Notes: generated by a model not told the origin, from the sequence alone. 64,000 nt of DNA from an uncultured Actinomycetota bacterium (GCA_963828605.1 CAWHER010000001.1:152204-216203), one strand, 5' to 3'; shown: positions 30,856-41,566, counted from the stretch's first letter. Numbers and translations: made by a program.

Positions 30856-32120
30856 CTCCCCGCCGGCGCGCCGCGAAACCCCGGCCGAACGGCCCGCTGG
30901 CCGACCGGGAGATCGCGCTCACCGTCGGACCGCCCGCGCACGGAGGGCACTGCGTCGGGCGCTACGAAGGGCGGGTCGTCTTCGTCCGGCACGCGTTGCC
31001 GGGGGAGGAGGTGATCGCCCGGGTCACCGAGGACCACGGCGGATCGTTCTGCCGGGCCGACGCGGTGCGGATCCTGACACGCTCGCCGGACCGGGTGCCC
31101 GCGCCGTGCCCGGCGGCCGGCCCCGGCCGGTGCGGCGGCTGCGACTGGCAGCACGCGACGCCCGAGGCACAGCGGCGCCTGAAGGCCGACGTGATCCGCG
31201 ACGCGCTGCGTCGCATCGGCGGGTGTCCGGACGTTGACGTGATCGTCGAGGAATTGCCGGGTGGCCCGCTGGGCTGGCGTACCCGCGCCCAGTTCGCGGT
31301 CGACGGCGCGGGACGGGTCGGACTGCGCCGGCACCGGTCCCACGAGATCTATCCGGTCGAGCACTGTCCACTCGTCACGCCGCCGGTCGATTCCGCGGCC
31401 CGATCGGCGTCGTGGCCGCCGCGCTCGGTCGTCGACGTCGCCGTGTCCGGCGCCGGCGAGGTCGCGGTCGACGTGCGGGCGTCCCGCCGGCGGTCGGTCG
31501 GCCACGACGACAGACCGGTGCTGCATGAGCGGGCCGCCGGACGCGGGTGGCGGGTCTCTCCCGGCGCGTTCTGGCAGGTGCACCCGGCCGCCGCCGACAC
31601 GCTTTCCGGCGCCGTCCTCGACCTGCTCGCGCCGCGCGCCGGCGACATGGTCCTCGACCTCTACGCCGGCGTCGGGTTGTTCGCCGGCGTCCTGGGCGCT
31701 GCCGTCGGCCCCGGGGGAAGCGTCGCCGCGCTGGAGTCCGACCCGGCCGCCGCCTCCGACGCCGTCGCCAACCTCGCCGACCTGCCGCAGGTGACGGTGC
31801 GTGCCGAGGCGGTCACGCCGGGCGCTTTGGCCGGCCACAGGGCGGATCTCGTGGTGCTCGACCCGCCGCGGACCGGAGCGGGAGCGGACGTGATCGAGGC
31901 GATTCTGGCGACCCGTCCGCGGGCCGTCGCCTACGTCGCCTGCGATCCCGCGGCGCTGGCCCGGGACGTGCGTGCGGCCGGTGCCGGCGGCTTCCACCTG
32001 GCCGCCCTGCGGGCGTTCGATCTCTTCCCGCAGACCCACCACGTGGAGTGCCTCGCGCTGCTGCTGCCGATCGCGCCGGCCGGGCCGCACACCGCAGCCG
32101 ACCGCCATCAAGGCAAGTAG
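30852..32120 (+). CDS. TRAM-domain SAM-dependent RNA m5U methyltransferase (RlmD/TrmA family)
   Basis: FVRHALPGE, CGGCDWQH, FWQVH, DLYAGVGLF, LDPPRTG, YVACDP, DLFPQTHHVE. Confidence 0.92.
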   Translation: MTPRRRAAKPRPNGPLADREIALTVGPPAHGGHCVGRYEGRVVFVRHALPGEEVIARVTEDHGGSFCRADAVRILTRSPDRVPAPCPAAGPGRCGGCDWQHATPEAQRRLKADVIRDALRRIGGCPDVDVIVEELPGGPLGWRTRAQFAVDGAGRVGLRRHRSHEIYPVEHCPLVTPPVDSAARSASWPPRSVVDVAVSGAGEVAVDVRASRRRSVGHDDRPVLHERAAGRGWRVSPGAFWQVHPAAADTLSGAVLDLLAPRAGDMVLDLYAGVGLFAGVLGAAVGPGGSVAALESDPAAASDAVANLADLPQVTVRAEAVTPGALAGHRADLVVLDPPRTGAGADVIEAILATRPRAVAYVACDPAALARDVRAAGAGGFHLAALRAFDLFPQTHHVECLALLLPIAPAGPHTAADRHQGK

Positions 32121-32291
32121 GGTCTCCGCGCCCCAGCATGGGGGGACCGAGGCGCGGAGACACCCATCAGTGTTGCCGAAATTGCGCCCGCATGCCGACA
32201 AACCAGTGTGACTCGCGGGGAAATCGGGTCGATCTGGTGGTGATATCGGGTACGACGGCATCGAGACCGCGCCGACGACTCCGGGCCGGAA

Positions 32292-33764
32292 TCAGTCGGG
32301 CACGGTGTGTGCGATTCGGTCGGCGATCCCGAGCAGCCGCGCGGTCAGGCCGGCCGCCGCCAGAAGCGCCAGTCCGGCCACCCAGAGCGCATGGTGCAGG
32401 CCATCGACGAAGAGGGCCTGGCGGGCCGGGGCGAGCCGCGCTCCGATGCCGCCCGCGGGCAACGCGGCGTACACCAGGGCGCCGAGTACGGCGACACCGA
32501 ACACCTGGCCGACCTGCCGCGCCGCGTTGAGAACGGCAGCGGCCATGCCGGCACGGGCGGGGTCGACCGCCGACATCGCCATGGTGCTCATCGGAGTGCC
32601 GCACAGTCCGATGCCGCCACCCAGCAGCACGAGGTCCCACCAGATCGCTCCCATGCCGGTGGCCGGCACGAGCCGCAGCAGACCGAGCGTCGCCACTCCG
32701 CTGACGACCAGCCCGCAGAGCAGCGGCCACCGCTCGCCGACGTGGGCGACGAGCCGGCCCGAGGCGGTCGAGGCGAGGGCACAGGCGATTCCCACGGCGG
32801 CGACGTCGAGTCCGGCCGATATGGCCGAGCGCCCCTGTACCTGCTGGAAATACGCGCTGAAGTAGACGATCGCCCCGACGAAGGCGAAGAACACGACGAA
32901 GGCGGCGACGGTGGCCGCAGCGAACGCCGGCCGGGAGAAGAGGGACACGTCGACGAGCGGATCGGGGCTGCGGCGTTCGGCGACGACGAACCCGGCGATC
33001 GCGGCGGAGCCGAGGGTGGACGCCGTGAGCACCGTCGGCGACGTCCAGCCCAGGTTCTGGCCTTCGATGACGGCGAGCGCGAGCACCGCTATTCCGCCGG
33101 TGGCGAGGAGCGCGCCGGACCAGTCGAACCGCCCGGTCGCCGGACTCCGGTCCAGTCGGGGGATCGTCGGCCCGGCCACGGCCAGCAGAGCCGCTGCGAG
33201 CGGGACGTTGATCAGGAACACCCAGCGCCAGCCGAGTCCGGCGACGAGGGCGCCGCCCAGGGGAGGGCCCGCGGCGAGAGCCAGGCCGGAACTGGTGGAC
33301 CACAGCCCGATCGCGGTGGCGCGCTGCCGCCGGTCGCGGAAGACCGCTCTGATGATCGCCAGGCTGCCCGGCACCAGCAGGGCGGGCCCGAGGCCCTGCA
33401 CGACCCGGCCGACCAGAAGCATCCCGATCGACGGTGCCGCACCGGCCAGCAGCGACCCGAGCCCGAAGAGGGCGACGCCGGTCAGGAACACGCCCTTGCG
33501 GCCGCGCCGGTCCCCGAGCACCCCGCCCGCCACGAGCAGACTGGCGTAGACGATCACATAGGCGTCGACGATCCATTCCAGGCCGGTCGCGGAGGCGTGC
33601 AGTTCGCGGCCGATCGTGGGCAGCGCGACGCTGACCACCGTCGTGGAGACCACGGCGAGGAAGAGACCCACCGAGACGACCGCGAGGCTCCACCACGTGG
33701 CTGCGGGGGTCCGGGTCGTCGCGGGTGCCGTGGGTGCTCGTTCCGTCCTCCGTGTGGTGGTCAT
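32292..33764 (-). CDS. MFS drug:H+ antiporter, DHA2/EmrB family
   Basis: 14-TM pattern; GDRRGRK motif A, GRVVQGLG, WRWVFLINVP. Confidence 0.9.
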   Translation of the reverse strand: MTTTRRTERAPTAPATTRTPAATWWSLAVVSVGLFLAVVSTTVVSVALPTIGRELHASATGLEWIVDAYVIVYASLLVAGGVLGDRRGRKGVFLTGVALFGLGSLLAGAAPSIGMLLVGRVVQGLGPALLVPGSLAIIRAVFRDRRQRATAIGLWSTSSGLALAAGPPLGGALVAGLGWRWVFLINVPLAAALLAVAGPTIPRLDRSPATGRFDWSGALLATGGIAVLALAVIEGQNLGWTSPTVLTASTLGSAAIAGFVVAERRSPDPLVDVSLFSRPAFAAATVAAFVVFFAFVGAIVYFSAYFQQVQGRSAISAGLDVAAVGIACALASTASGRLVAHVGERWPLLCGLVVSGVATLGLLRLVPATGMGAIWWDLVLLGGGIGLCGTPMSTMAMSAVDPARAGMAAAVLNAARQVGQVFGVAVLGALVYAALPAGGIGARLAPARQALFVDGLHHALWVAGLALLAAAGLTARLLGIADRIAHTVPD

Positions 33765-33785
33765 AGGCCCACCGTGCGGACCGAT

Positions 33786-33831
33786 CGATGATAAGTCCAA
33801 GAGCTAGTTCTTGCGACAACTAGAATCATCG
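33786..33831. promoter_or_regulatory. AT-rich divergent promoter with probable LysR operator
   Basis: ctagtt-N8-aactag (33804-33823) flanked by cgatgat/atcatcg; TAGAAT -10 before the LysR ATG. Confidence 0.5.
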
Positions 33832-33834
33832 CTT

Positions 33835-34740
33835 ATGGAACTTCGTCAACTGGAGTACTTCGTCGCCGTGGCGGAAGAGGCCAACTTCACCCGGGCCGCG
33901 GCCAGGGTGCACGTCGCGCAGCCCGGTGTGAGCGCGCAGATCCGCCGGCTCGAGCGGGAGCTCGGGCAGGAACTGCTGGACCGCTCGAGCCGCGGCGTCC
34001 GGCTTACGGCGAGCGGCGCCGCCGTCCTGCCCCATGCCCGGACCGCGCTCGCCGCCGTCTCCGCGGCGCGGCTCGCCGTCGACGAGCTGACCGGGCTGCT
34101 GCGCGGCCACGTCACCATCGGCACGGTGACGTCGATCTCCTCCGACGACGTCGACCTGCCCGCACTCCTGGCCGACTTCCACCGCGACCACCCGGCCGTC
34201 GAGATCACTCTCGCGGTCGGCGACTCCGACGGCCTTGTCGAGGCGTTGCGATCCGGCCGGTACGACGTGGCGTTTCTCGGTCTCGGCTCGGTGGCGCCGC
34301 CGGGCATCGCGACCCACGTGGTCACCGACGAGCCATTGGCCGCGGTGGTGGGCCGGGCCGACCCGCTCGCCCGAGCGGCCTCGGTCCGGGTGACCGCGCT
34401 CGCCGAGCGCGCATTGATCAGTCTTCCCCGCGGAACGGGGCTGCGGGCCAGCCTCGACGCCGCCTGCGCCGAGGTCGGGGTCACCCCGCACGTCGCGTTC
34501 GAGGCCGGTGACCCGCGGGTCGTCGCGCAGCTCGCCGCCCGCGGGCTCGGGGTGGGTGTCGTTCCCCGGTCCGTCGCCCTCGCCGCGGGCGACGACCTGA
34601 GGGGAGTGGCGATCACGGCGCCGGAGGTCCGGGGCCGGATCGCGCTCGGCTGGCGGGCCGGCGGGCCGATGAGCCCGGCGGCGCGCGCCCTGGTGGGTCG
34701 CGCCCGGGCCGTCCTGCCGGACCGGTCCGAGCACGGGTGA
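33835..34740 (+). CDS. LysR family transcriptional regulator
   Basis: MELRQLEYFVAVAEE.NFTRAA...AQP.VS.QIRRLERELG. Confidence 0.95.
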   Translation: MELRQLEYFVAVAEEANFTRAAARVHVAQPGVSAQIRRLERELGQELLDRSSRGVRLTASGAAVLPHARTALAAVSAARLAVDELTGLLRGHVTIGTVTSISSDDVDLPALLADFHRDHPAVEITLAVGDSDGLVEALRSGRYDVAFLGLGSVAPPGIATHVVTDEPLAAVVGRADPLARAASVRVTALAERALISLPRGTGLRASLDAACAEVGVTPHVAFEAGDPRVVAQLAARGLGVGVVPRSVALAAGDDLRGVAITAPEVRGRIALGWRAGGPMSPAARALVGRARAVLPDRSEHG

Positions 34741-34824
34741 GGCGCAGATCACCGCCCGGCACACCCGGGCAATGTGGAGCGTCCGTACCACGGTTGTGTC
34801 CGTTGCGCGGCTAGAGTGGCGTCC

Positions 34825-36831
34825 GTGGCAGACCAGCGAGAAGATCCAGACCAGCGCGGCCCTGGTGCGGAGCCGGGACTCCTCGCCGCGATCCGTTCGC
34901 CGCGCGACGTTCGGGCGCTCGATCCTGAGCAGCTGCCCGCTCTCGCCGCGGAGATCCGGGGCTTTCTGGTGGCCAAGGTGTCCCGCACCGGCGGACACCT
35001 CGGTCCCAACCTGGGGGCCGTGGAGCTGACGCTGGCCATCCACCGGGTGTTCGACTCGCCGCACGACCGCATCCTGTTCGACACCGGTCACCAGGCCTAC
35101 GTCCACAAGATGCTGACCGGGCGGCAGGACGGGTTCGACACGCTGCGGCAGACCGGCGGTCTGTCCGGCTACCCGAGCCGGGCCGAGTCCGAGCACGACA
35201 TCATCGAGAATTCGCACGCCTCGACGGCGCTCTCCTACGCCGACGGTCTCGCGAAGGCCTCGGCGCTGCGCGGGGAAAACCGGGCCGTCGTCGCCGTCGT
35301 TGGTGACGGGGCGCTGACCGGGGGAATGTGCTGGGAGGCGTTGAACAACATCGCCGTGGCGCAGGACCGGCCGGTGGTGATCGTGGTCAACGACAACGGC
35401 CGCTCCTACTCGCCCACGATCGGCGGCCTGGCCGACTATCTGGCCGCCCTGCGGCTGCGTCCGGGCTACGAGCGGGCGCTGTCCATGGTCAAGGAGGCGC
35501 TTGGCCGGACGCCGGTCTTCGGCGCCCCGCTGTACGACGCGCTGCACGGGGCCAAGGTCGGCCTCAAGGACCTGCTGGCACCGCAGGGCATGTTCGAGGA
35601 CCTGGGCCTGAAGTACGTCGGACCCGTCGACGGGCACGACGTCGAGGCGGTCGAGTCGGCGCTGCGCCGGGCACACGAATTCGGCAGCCCGGTGATCGTG
35701 CACTGCCTGACCCGCAAGGGATACGGCTACGAGGCGGCCGAGAACGACCAGACCGACTGCCTGCACGCGCCGGGTTCCTTCGACCCGCTCACCGGCCAGG
35801 TCCTGGCCAGCGGCGGCCGCAAGTGGACGTCGGTCTTCTCCGACGAGATGGTCCGCATCGGTGCCGACCGGCCGGACGTCGTGGCGATCACGGCCGCGAT
35901 GCTGCACCCCACCGGGCTGGCCGCGTTCGCCGAGGCCTACCCCGACCGGCTCTACGACGTCGGCATCGCCGAGCAGCACGCCGTGACGTCGGCCGCCGGC
36001 CTGGCGACCGGGGGACTGCATCCGGTGGTCGCGGTCTACGCGACGTTCCTCAACCGGGCCTTCGATCAGGTCCTGATGGACGTCGCGCTGCACCGGTTGC
36101 CGGTAACCTTCGCCCTCGACCGGGCCGGGCTCACCGGCGACGACGGGGCCTCGCACAACGGCATGTGGGACCTGTCGATCCTCGGCGTCGTGCCCGGGAT
36201 CCGGGTCGCCGCCCCGCGGGACGAGCCGACGCTGCGCGCGGAGCTGCGTGAGGCGGTCGACTGGTCCGCCGGGCCGACGGTGCTGCGCTACGCCAAGACG
36301 GCGCTCCCCGACGACATCCCGGCCGTCCGCACGGTGGGCGGGGTGGACGTCCTGCGCGACGCGCATCCCGATGCCGCGGCGCAGAACGGGTCGAGCCGCG
36401 GCGACGTTCTCATCATCGCCGTCGGGTCCACCGTGCCGACCGCCCTGGAGGTGGCCGACCGGGTCGCGGACCAGGGAATCGCCGCGACCGTCGTCGACCC
36501 GCGGTGGGTCATCCCGGTCGCCCCGGAGCTCGTCGACCTGGCGGGGCGGCACCGGCTGGTGGTCACCGTCGAGGACAGCGGCCGATCCGGCGGGGTGGGC
36601 GTGCAGGTCTCGCAGGCGCTGCGTGACGCGGATGTCGACGTGCCCTCGCGCGACGTGGGGATTCCGCGCCGGTTCCTGCCGCACGGCAAGGTCACCGACG
36701 TGCGCGCCGACGTCGGCCTGACAGCTCAGGACATCGCCCGGCGGGTCGTCGAGTGGGTGTCCCGGATTGACGGAGGACGGTCGTCGACGGTCGACGACGA
36801 ACTGCGCTCGCACGACTCCGCCGAATCCTGA
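34825..36831 (+). CDS. dxs: 1-deoxy-D-xylulose-5-phosphate synthase
   Basis: [31 protein letters not shown]...[21 protein letters not shown]; TAGAGT-N7-GTG. Confidence 0.96.
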   Translation: MADQREDPDQRGPGAEPGLLAAIRSPRDVRALDPEQLPALAAEIRGFLVAKVSRTGGHLGPNLGAVELTLAIHRVFDSPHDRILFDTGHQAYVHKMLTGRQDGFDTLRQTGGLSGYPSRAESEHDIIENSHASTALSYADGLAKASALRGENRAVVAVVGDGALTGGMCWEALNNIAVAQDRPVVIVVNDNGRSYSPTIGGLADYLAALRLRPGYERALSMVKEALGRTPVFGAPLYDALHGAKVGLKDLLAPQGMFEDLGLKYVGPVDGHDVEAVESALRRAHEFGSPVIVHCLTRKGYGYEAAENDQTDCLHAPGSFDPLTGQVLASGGRKWTSVFSDEMVRIGADRPDVVAITAAMLHPTGLAAFAEAYPDRLYDVGIAEQHAVTSAAGLATGGLHPVVAVYATFLNRAFDQVLMDVALHRLPVTFALDRAGLTGDDGASHNGMWDLSILGVVPGIRVAAPRDEPTLRAELREAVDWSAGPTVLRYAKTALPDDIPAVRTVGGVDVLRDAHPDAAAQNGSSRGDVLIIAVGSTVPTALEVADRVADQGIAATVVDPRWVIPVAPELVDLAGRHRLVVTVEDSGRSGGVGVQVSQALRDADVDVPSRDVGIPRRFLPHGKVTDVRADVGLTAQDIARRVVEWVSRIDGGRSSTVDDELRSHDSAES

Positions 36832-36878
36832 CCCGGCCGCACCGGCGGGGCCGTACGGCGGCGGTCTCCGCTGCCGCC

Positions 36879-37835
36879 ATGGCGGCGGCGGTCGCGGCCG
36901 CCGTGGCGATCGGCCAGCCCCCCGCGGCGGCTCCGGGCGGCGGGCGGACGGTTCCGGTGCGCTCCGGCGGAATACGGGCGACCGGAGGTGGCCGGGCGCT
37001 GGCCGTCATCGGGTCCGGGCTGCGGGTGATCGACCTCGGGGCCGGCACCGCCCGGGCGGTGCACCTTCCGGCGGGAATCCGGGCCCGGCAGGTCGTCGCC
37101 CTGGCCGGCGGAGCCGGATCGACCGTCATCGTCGACCCGGCCCGGGGGATCGCCTATCTGCTGCGGGCGGGCGTGGTCCGCCGGCTCGGTAGGGCGACCG
37201 CGGCGCTGCCCGGGACGGACGGCGGCGCCTGGCTGATCGACGTCCGGACGGCCCGAGAGGTGGGCGGGCCTGCCGGGTCGGCCGTCGGCCGTATCGGACT
37301 CCCGCCGGGCGGCACCGTCGTCGGCGCGACCGCGGGCGGTCTCGTCGTCGACACTGGCCGACCGGGAGCCGCCGGCGCGATCTCGGTGGTGACCGCGACC
37401 GGCCTCCGTCGGGTCGGTTCCGGCCGGGCGCTGGCCGTCGCCGGTCACCGGGTGCTTCTCCGCCGCTCGGGCCGGCTCGGTTACGTCGACCTCCCAAATC
37501 CGATCGTGCACTGGCTGCCCCGTCTTCTCGCGGTGCGCCAGACCGGTCTCGCTGCGCTGTCGGCGGACGGCCGGATGGTCGCGGTCCTCGGCCGGTCCGG
37601 CCATCGGCAGCGCCTGATCGCCGGCCCGGCGGACGCCGCGGCTGGTCGTGACCTGACAGTGCTGCCGCTCGACGGCGGATCCCGGCCGCCCACGCCCGCG
37701 CCGGTCTGGGTGTCGGCGGACACCGTGCTCGGCGTTCGGCCGGACGGCCGGCTCGTCCGGTACCGCGTCGGTGCACCGGCCGGTGTCCTCCTGGCGCCCG
37801 CCCCGATGCCCGTCCGGGCCCTCTCGGCCGGCTGA
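36879..37835 (+). CDS. Hypothetical secreted/membrane-anchored protein, beta-rich (start may be CTG 36828)
   Basis: Fills the gap after dxs; hydrophobic N-terminus; repeated short beta-strand motifs, LSADG. Confidence 0.55.
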   Translation: MAAAVAAAVAIGQPPAAAPGGGRTVPVRSGGIRATGGGRALAVIGSGLRVIDLGAGTARAVHLPAGIRARQVVALAGGAGSTVIVDPARGIAYLLRAGVVRRLGRATAALPGTDGGAWLIDVRTAREVGGPAGSAVGRIGLPPGGTVVGATAGGLVVDTGRPGAAGAISVVTATGLRRVGSGRALAVAGHRVLLRRSGRLGYVDLPNPIVHWLPRLLAVRQTGLAALSADGRMVAVLGRSGHRQRLIAGPADAAAGRDLTVLPLDGGSRPPTPAPVWVSADTVLGVRPDGRLVRYRVGAPAGVLLAPAPMPVRALSAG

Positions 37836-37869
37836 ACCCGACGGAGCAGCCGCGGGTACAGTCGGATCC

Positions 37870-37980
37870 GCAGATGACGCCGGGGAGCTCGGGCAGCCGG
37901 GCTGAGAGGGTGGACGGCCCGCCGTGGGCAGCGCCACCGACCCGCACGACCTGACCTGGGTAATGCCAGCGGAGGCATGC
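37870..37980 (+). ncRNA. TPP riboswitch (THI element)
   Basis: gggagc...gctgagag...gaccc.cacgacctga.ctgggtaatgccagcggagg consensus, directly upstream of thiamine genes; TACAGT -10 at 37857. Confidence 0.92.
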
Positions 37981-37982
37981 GA

Positions 37983-38675
37983 ATGGAGATGGCGCACAGA
38001 TCGTCGACGCGCCCACCGACCGCCGTGGTGATCACCGGCGGCGATCCGCCCGACCCTGACGTCCGGCGGCGGCTGCCCGTCCCCGCCTACGTGATCGCCG
38101 CGGACAGCGGGCTGGATCACGCCGCCGAACTGGGTCTGTCGGTCGACCGTGCGGTCGGGGACTTCGATTCGGTCACGCCCGGTGCGCGGGCGGCGGCCGA
38201 GGCGGCCGGTGTGGCGCTCGAGCAGCACCCGGTGGCCAAGGACGCCACCGACCTCGAACTGGCCATGGAGGCGGCGATCGGCACCGGCACCGACCGGATC
38301 GTGGTCGTCGGCGGGTCCGGCGGTCGGCTGGACCACCTGCTCGCGACCGCCCTTCTGCTCGCCGCGCCGGCGTTCGCCCCGGTTCATGTCACCGCCCACC
38401 TCGGGCCGGCCGTCGTCGACGTCGTCCGCGACACGTTCACCATGACCGGCCGGCCCGGCGACCTGGTCAGCCTCCTCCCCGTCCACGGCGGCGCCACCGG
38501 TGTCGTCACCCGGGGTCTGCGCTACCCGCTCGGCGGCGAAGACCTGCTCCCCGGCCGCACCCGCGGGGTCAGCAACGAGTTCACCGACACCCGCGCGGAG
38601 GTCCGGTTGACCGGCGGCGTCCTCATCGTCGTACGGCCGGGCGCGACCGCCCCGTTCACCCAGGAGGCCCGATGA
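37983..38675 (+). CDS. thiN: Thiamine diphosphokinase
   Basis: IAADSG, VGDFDS, KDATDLELA, GGRLDH, GLRYPL...GVSNE. Confidence 0.9.
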   Translation: MEMAHRSSTRPPTAVVITGGDPPDPDVRRRLPVPAYVIAADSGLDHAAELGLSVDRAVGDFDSVTPGARAAAEAAGVALEQHPVAKDATDLELAMEAAIGTGTDRIVVVGGSGGRLDHLLATALLLAAPAFAPVHVTAHLGPAVVDVVRDTFTMTGRPGDLVSLLPVHGGATGVVTRGLRYPLGGEDLLPGRTRGVSNEFTDTRAEVRLTGGVLIVVRPGATAPFTQEAR

Positions 38676-38956
38676 TCGTCGAACTGCAGTGCCTGCCCAG
38701 CCCGGCCGGCCGACCGGACGATCCGCATGCGCACGTCGAGGCCGCGATCGCAGTCATCCAGCGGTCGGGTCTGCACTACGAGGTCGGCCCGCTCGGCACG
38801 ACCCTCGAGGGTGAGCCGAACGAGGTCTGGCCGGTGCTGCGGGAGGCGCACGAGGCATGCCTGGCGGCCGGTGCGCAGAGCTCGATATCGGTGGTCAAGA
38901 TCGCGCAGGGTGTCGCCAAGGGCATGGACGACCTGACCCGCAAGTTCCGACCATGA
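38672..38956 (+). CDS. Thiamine-binding protein (MTH1187/DUF77 family)
   Basis: SGL.YEVGP.GT.LEG motif; in the TPP-riboswitch operon. Confidence 0.85.
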   Translation: MIVELQCLPSPAGRPDDPHAHVEAAIAVIQRSGLHYEVGPLGTTLEGEPNEVWPVLREAHEACLAAGAQSSISVVKIAQGVAKGMDDLTRKFRP

Positions 38957-39768
38957 CCCGCCCGTCCGTGTCGCTCCATCACCCGGCGGTACGCCGCGCC
39001 CGCGGCCTGCTCCCGCCGCTGGTTCTGCTTGCCGTGCTGATCGGCGGCTGGCAGGCGGTCGTCAGTGCCCGCGGAATCGCCCCGTACCTGCTGCCCGCGC
39101 CGTCGCGGATCGCCGACGCGTTCGTCAGCGCGCGGGCGCTGCTCGCGACGCCCGTGCTCACCACGACGCAGGAGGCCGTTGCGGGGCTGCTGATCGGCGC
39201 CGCCGTCGGCGCGGTCATCGCGGTCGTGCTCGCCGCGGCGCCGGTGGTGCGCCGGGCCGTCTACCCGCTCCTGGTGGCCAGCCAGACCGTGCCAATGATC
39301 GTACTCGCCCCGCTGCTGGTGCTGTGGTTCGGCTACGGCCTGGCGCCGAAGATCGTCGTCGTCGCCCTCATCGTCTTCTTCCCGGTGGTGGTGAGCACCG
39401 TCGCCGGACTGACCAGCGTCGACAGGGAGATGGTCGATCTGGTGCGCGGCATGGGCGCCGGCCGCCTGCAGGTGCTGCGGATCGTGCTCGTCCCGGCCGC
39501 GGTTCCCGCGTTCTTCTCCGGCCTGCACATCTCCGCCGCCTACGCCGTCGCCGGCGCGGTGGTCGGCGAGTGGGTCGGCGCGAGCAGCGGGCTGGGGATC
39601 TTCATCGACCGGTCGAAGGCGTCCTTCCGGGTGGACCGGGTCTTCGTCGCGGTGGTGATCATCGCGCTGCTGTCCATGGCACTGTTCGCCCTCGTCGGGC
39701 TGGGCGCCCGGCTGGCGTCCCCCTGGCGGTACGCCGGGGACTCCGCGCACCGCGAGGTGGCGCCATGA
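38953..39768 (+). CDS. ABC transporter permease, ThiX/SsuC-like
   Basis: LLPAPS, SQTVP...APL..WFG.G, AV.GAVVGEW.G. Confidence 0.9.
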   Translation: MTRPSVSLHHPAVRRARGLLPPLVLLAVLIGGWQAVVSARGIAPYLLPAPSRIADAFVSARALLATPVLTTTQEAVAGLLIGAAVGAVIAVVLAAAPVVRRAVYPLLVASQTVPMIVLAPLLVLWFGYGLAPKIVVVALIVFFPVVVSTVAGLTSVDREMVDLVRGMGAGRLQVLRIVLVPAAVPAFFSGLHISAAYAVAGAVVGEWVGASSGLGIFIDRSKASFRVDRVFVAVVIIALLSMALFALVGLGARLASPWRYAGDSAHREVAP

Positions 39769-40769
39769 GGCGCCGATCGGTGCTCGCGCTGCTGGCCGCC
39801 GCGACCGTCCTCGTCGCCGGCTGCGCCAACGCCGCCGGGGCGAAGCGCGACGCGACGGGCAGACGTCAGATCACGATCGTGCTCGACTGGACCCCCAACA
39901 CCAACCACAGCGGCATCTACCTCGCCCAGCAGAACGGCTGGTACCGCAAGGCCGGGCTCGACGTGAAGATCGTCGAGCCGGGCCAGAACAGCAACGTTCT
40001 GCAGATGCTGGCGACCGGCAAGGCCGACTTCGCGATCAGCACCGAGGAGGATCTCACCCCGGCCGTCGCGCAGGGACTGCCGGTCGTGTCGGTGGCGGCG
40101 ATCCTCCAGCACAACACGTCCAGCCTCGTCGCGCTGCGCTCCTCGGGGGTGCGCCGCCCGCGCGACTTCGCGACGAAGACCTACGGCGGCTTCGGCGGCC
40201 AGTTGGAGAAGGCACTGGTCCAGAAGATGGTCCGGTGCGACGGGGGAGATGCTTCGCGGATCAAGTATGTGCAGGTCGGCGACGCCGACTACCGGGTCGG
40301 CCTGACGAAGCATTTCTACGATTTCGTGTGGACCTTCGACGGGTGGGAGGGCTTGCAGTTCGGCCACATCGACCATCTGAAAACGGTCAGCTTCCCGTTC
40401 ATCCGCTACCAGCGCTGCATTCCCGACTGGTACACGCCGCTCATCGCGGCTCGCCGGTCGCTGATCGACGCGGATCCCGGCGCGGTGTCGGCGTTCATGC
40501 ACGCGACCCGCCGCGGCTACCAGACCGCGATGGCCCATCCGGACCAGGCCGCCGCCGCGCTGCTCAAGGCGGCTCCGGACCTCGACCCGACGTTGGTACG
40601 GCTCTCCGCCCGCTACCTCGCCTCCCGGTACGCCGACCACCCGGCCCGGTGGGGCTGGCAGGACACCGCGGTCTGGACCCGGATGACGGCGTTCCTGCAC
40701 AAGGCAGGGATGGTCGACGGGCACGTCGACGTGGACAAGGCCTTCACGAACCGCTTTCTCGGCGAATGA
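39765..40769 (+). CDS. ABC substrate-binding lipoprotein, ThiY/NMT1-like
   Basis: Lipobox VAGC; LDWTPNTNHSGIY motif. Confidence 0.9.
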   Translation: MRRRSVLALLAAATVLVAGCANAAGAKRDATGRRQITIVLDWTPNTNHSGIYLAQQNGWYRKAGLDVKIVEPGQNSNVLQMLATGKADFAISTEEDLTPAVAQGLPVVSVAAILQHNTSSLVALRSSGVRRPRDFATKTYGGFGGQLEKALVQKMVRCDGGDASRIKYVQVGDADYRVGLTKHFYDFVWTFDGWEGLQFGHIDHLKTVSFPFIRYQRCIPDWYTPLIAARRSLIDADPGAVSAFMHATRRGYQTAMAHPDQAAAALLKAAPDLDPTLVRLSARYLASRYADHPARWGWQDTAVWTRMTAFLHKAGMVDGHVDVDKAFTNRFLGE

Positions 40770-41566
40770 CCACGACCGTCGAGATCGCCGGATTGCGGCA
40801 CAGCTACGACGGGAACCCACCCCTGCTGGTCCTGGACCGGATCGATCTCGCCATCGAGCAGGGTGAGTTCGTCAGCCTGGTCGGGCCCAGCGGCTGCGGC
40901 AAGAGCACCCTGCTGCGGGTGCTGGCCGGACTCATGGTGCCGTCCGAGGGCGACGTCCGCGTGCACGACCGGTCGGTGGCCGACGAGAGCGGCCTGGTCG
41001 CCTACATGCCGCAGCGTGATCTCCTGCTGCCGTGGCGGCGGGCACTGGACAACGCCGTCCTTGGCGCGGAGGTGGCCGGCGCGCCGCGCGGGCAGGCCCG
41101 CGATCGGGCCAGGGCACTGTTCGAGCGATTCGGGTTGAGCGGCTTCGAAGCGGCCTGGCCCGGAGAACTTTCCGGCGGGATGCGCCAACGGCTCGCGTTA
41201 TTGCGGACCTTCCTCCTCGATCGCGATGTTCTTCTTTTGGACGAGCCTTTCGGTGCTCTCGACGCGATCACCCGCCGGGAAATGTACGCGTGGCTGCAGG
41301 ACGTGTGGCTCGCGGACCGGCGGACGGCGGTCTTCGTGACGCACGACGTCGAGGAGGCGATCTACCTCTCCGACCGGGTGGTGGTGCTGTCCCGGCGGCC
41401 GGGGGAGATCCGGGCCGACATCGAAGTGCCGCTGGTGCGGCCGCGGGAGAGCTGGGTCGTCACCGACCCGTCGTTCGTCGCCATCAAGGCGCAGGTGCTC
41501 GCGGCGCTCGAGGACCGCCCGCGCGGCCCGTCCGGCCAAGGTTCGCCCTCGGCAGCCGTTACCTAA
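40766..41566 (+). CDS. ABC ATP-binding protein, ThiZ/TauB-like
   Basis: GPSGCGKST, LSGGMRQR, LLDEPFGALD, VTHD. Confidence 0.92.
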   Translation: MTTTVEIAGLRHSYDGNPPLLVLDRIDLAIEQGEFVSLVGPSGCGKSTLLRVLAGLMVPSEGDVRVHDRSVADESGLVAYMPQRDLLLPWRRALDNAVLGAEVAGAPRGQARDRARALFERFGLSGFEAAWPGELSGGMRQRLALLRTFLLDRDVLLLDEPFGALDAITRREMYAWLQDVWLADRRTAVFVTHDVEEAIYLSDRVVVLSRRPGEIRADIEVPLVRPRESWVVTDPSFVAIKAQVLAALEDRPRGPSGQGSPSAAVT

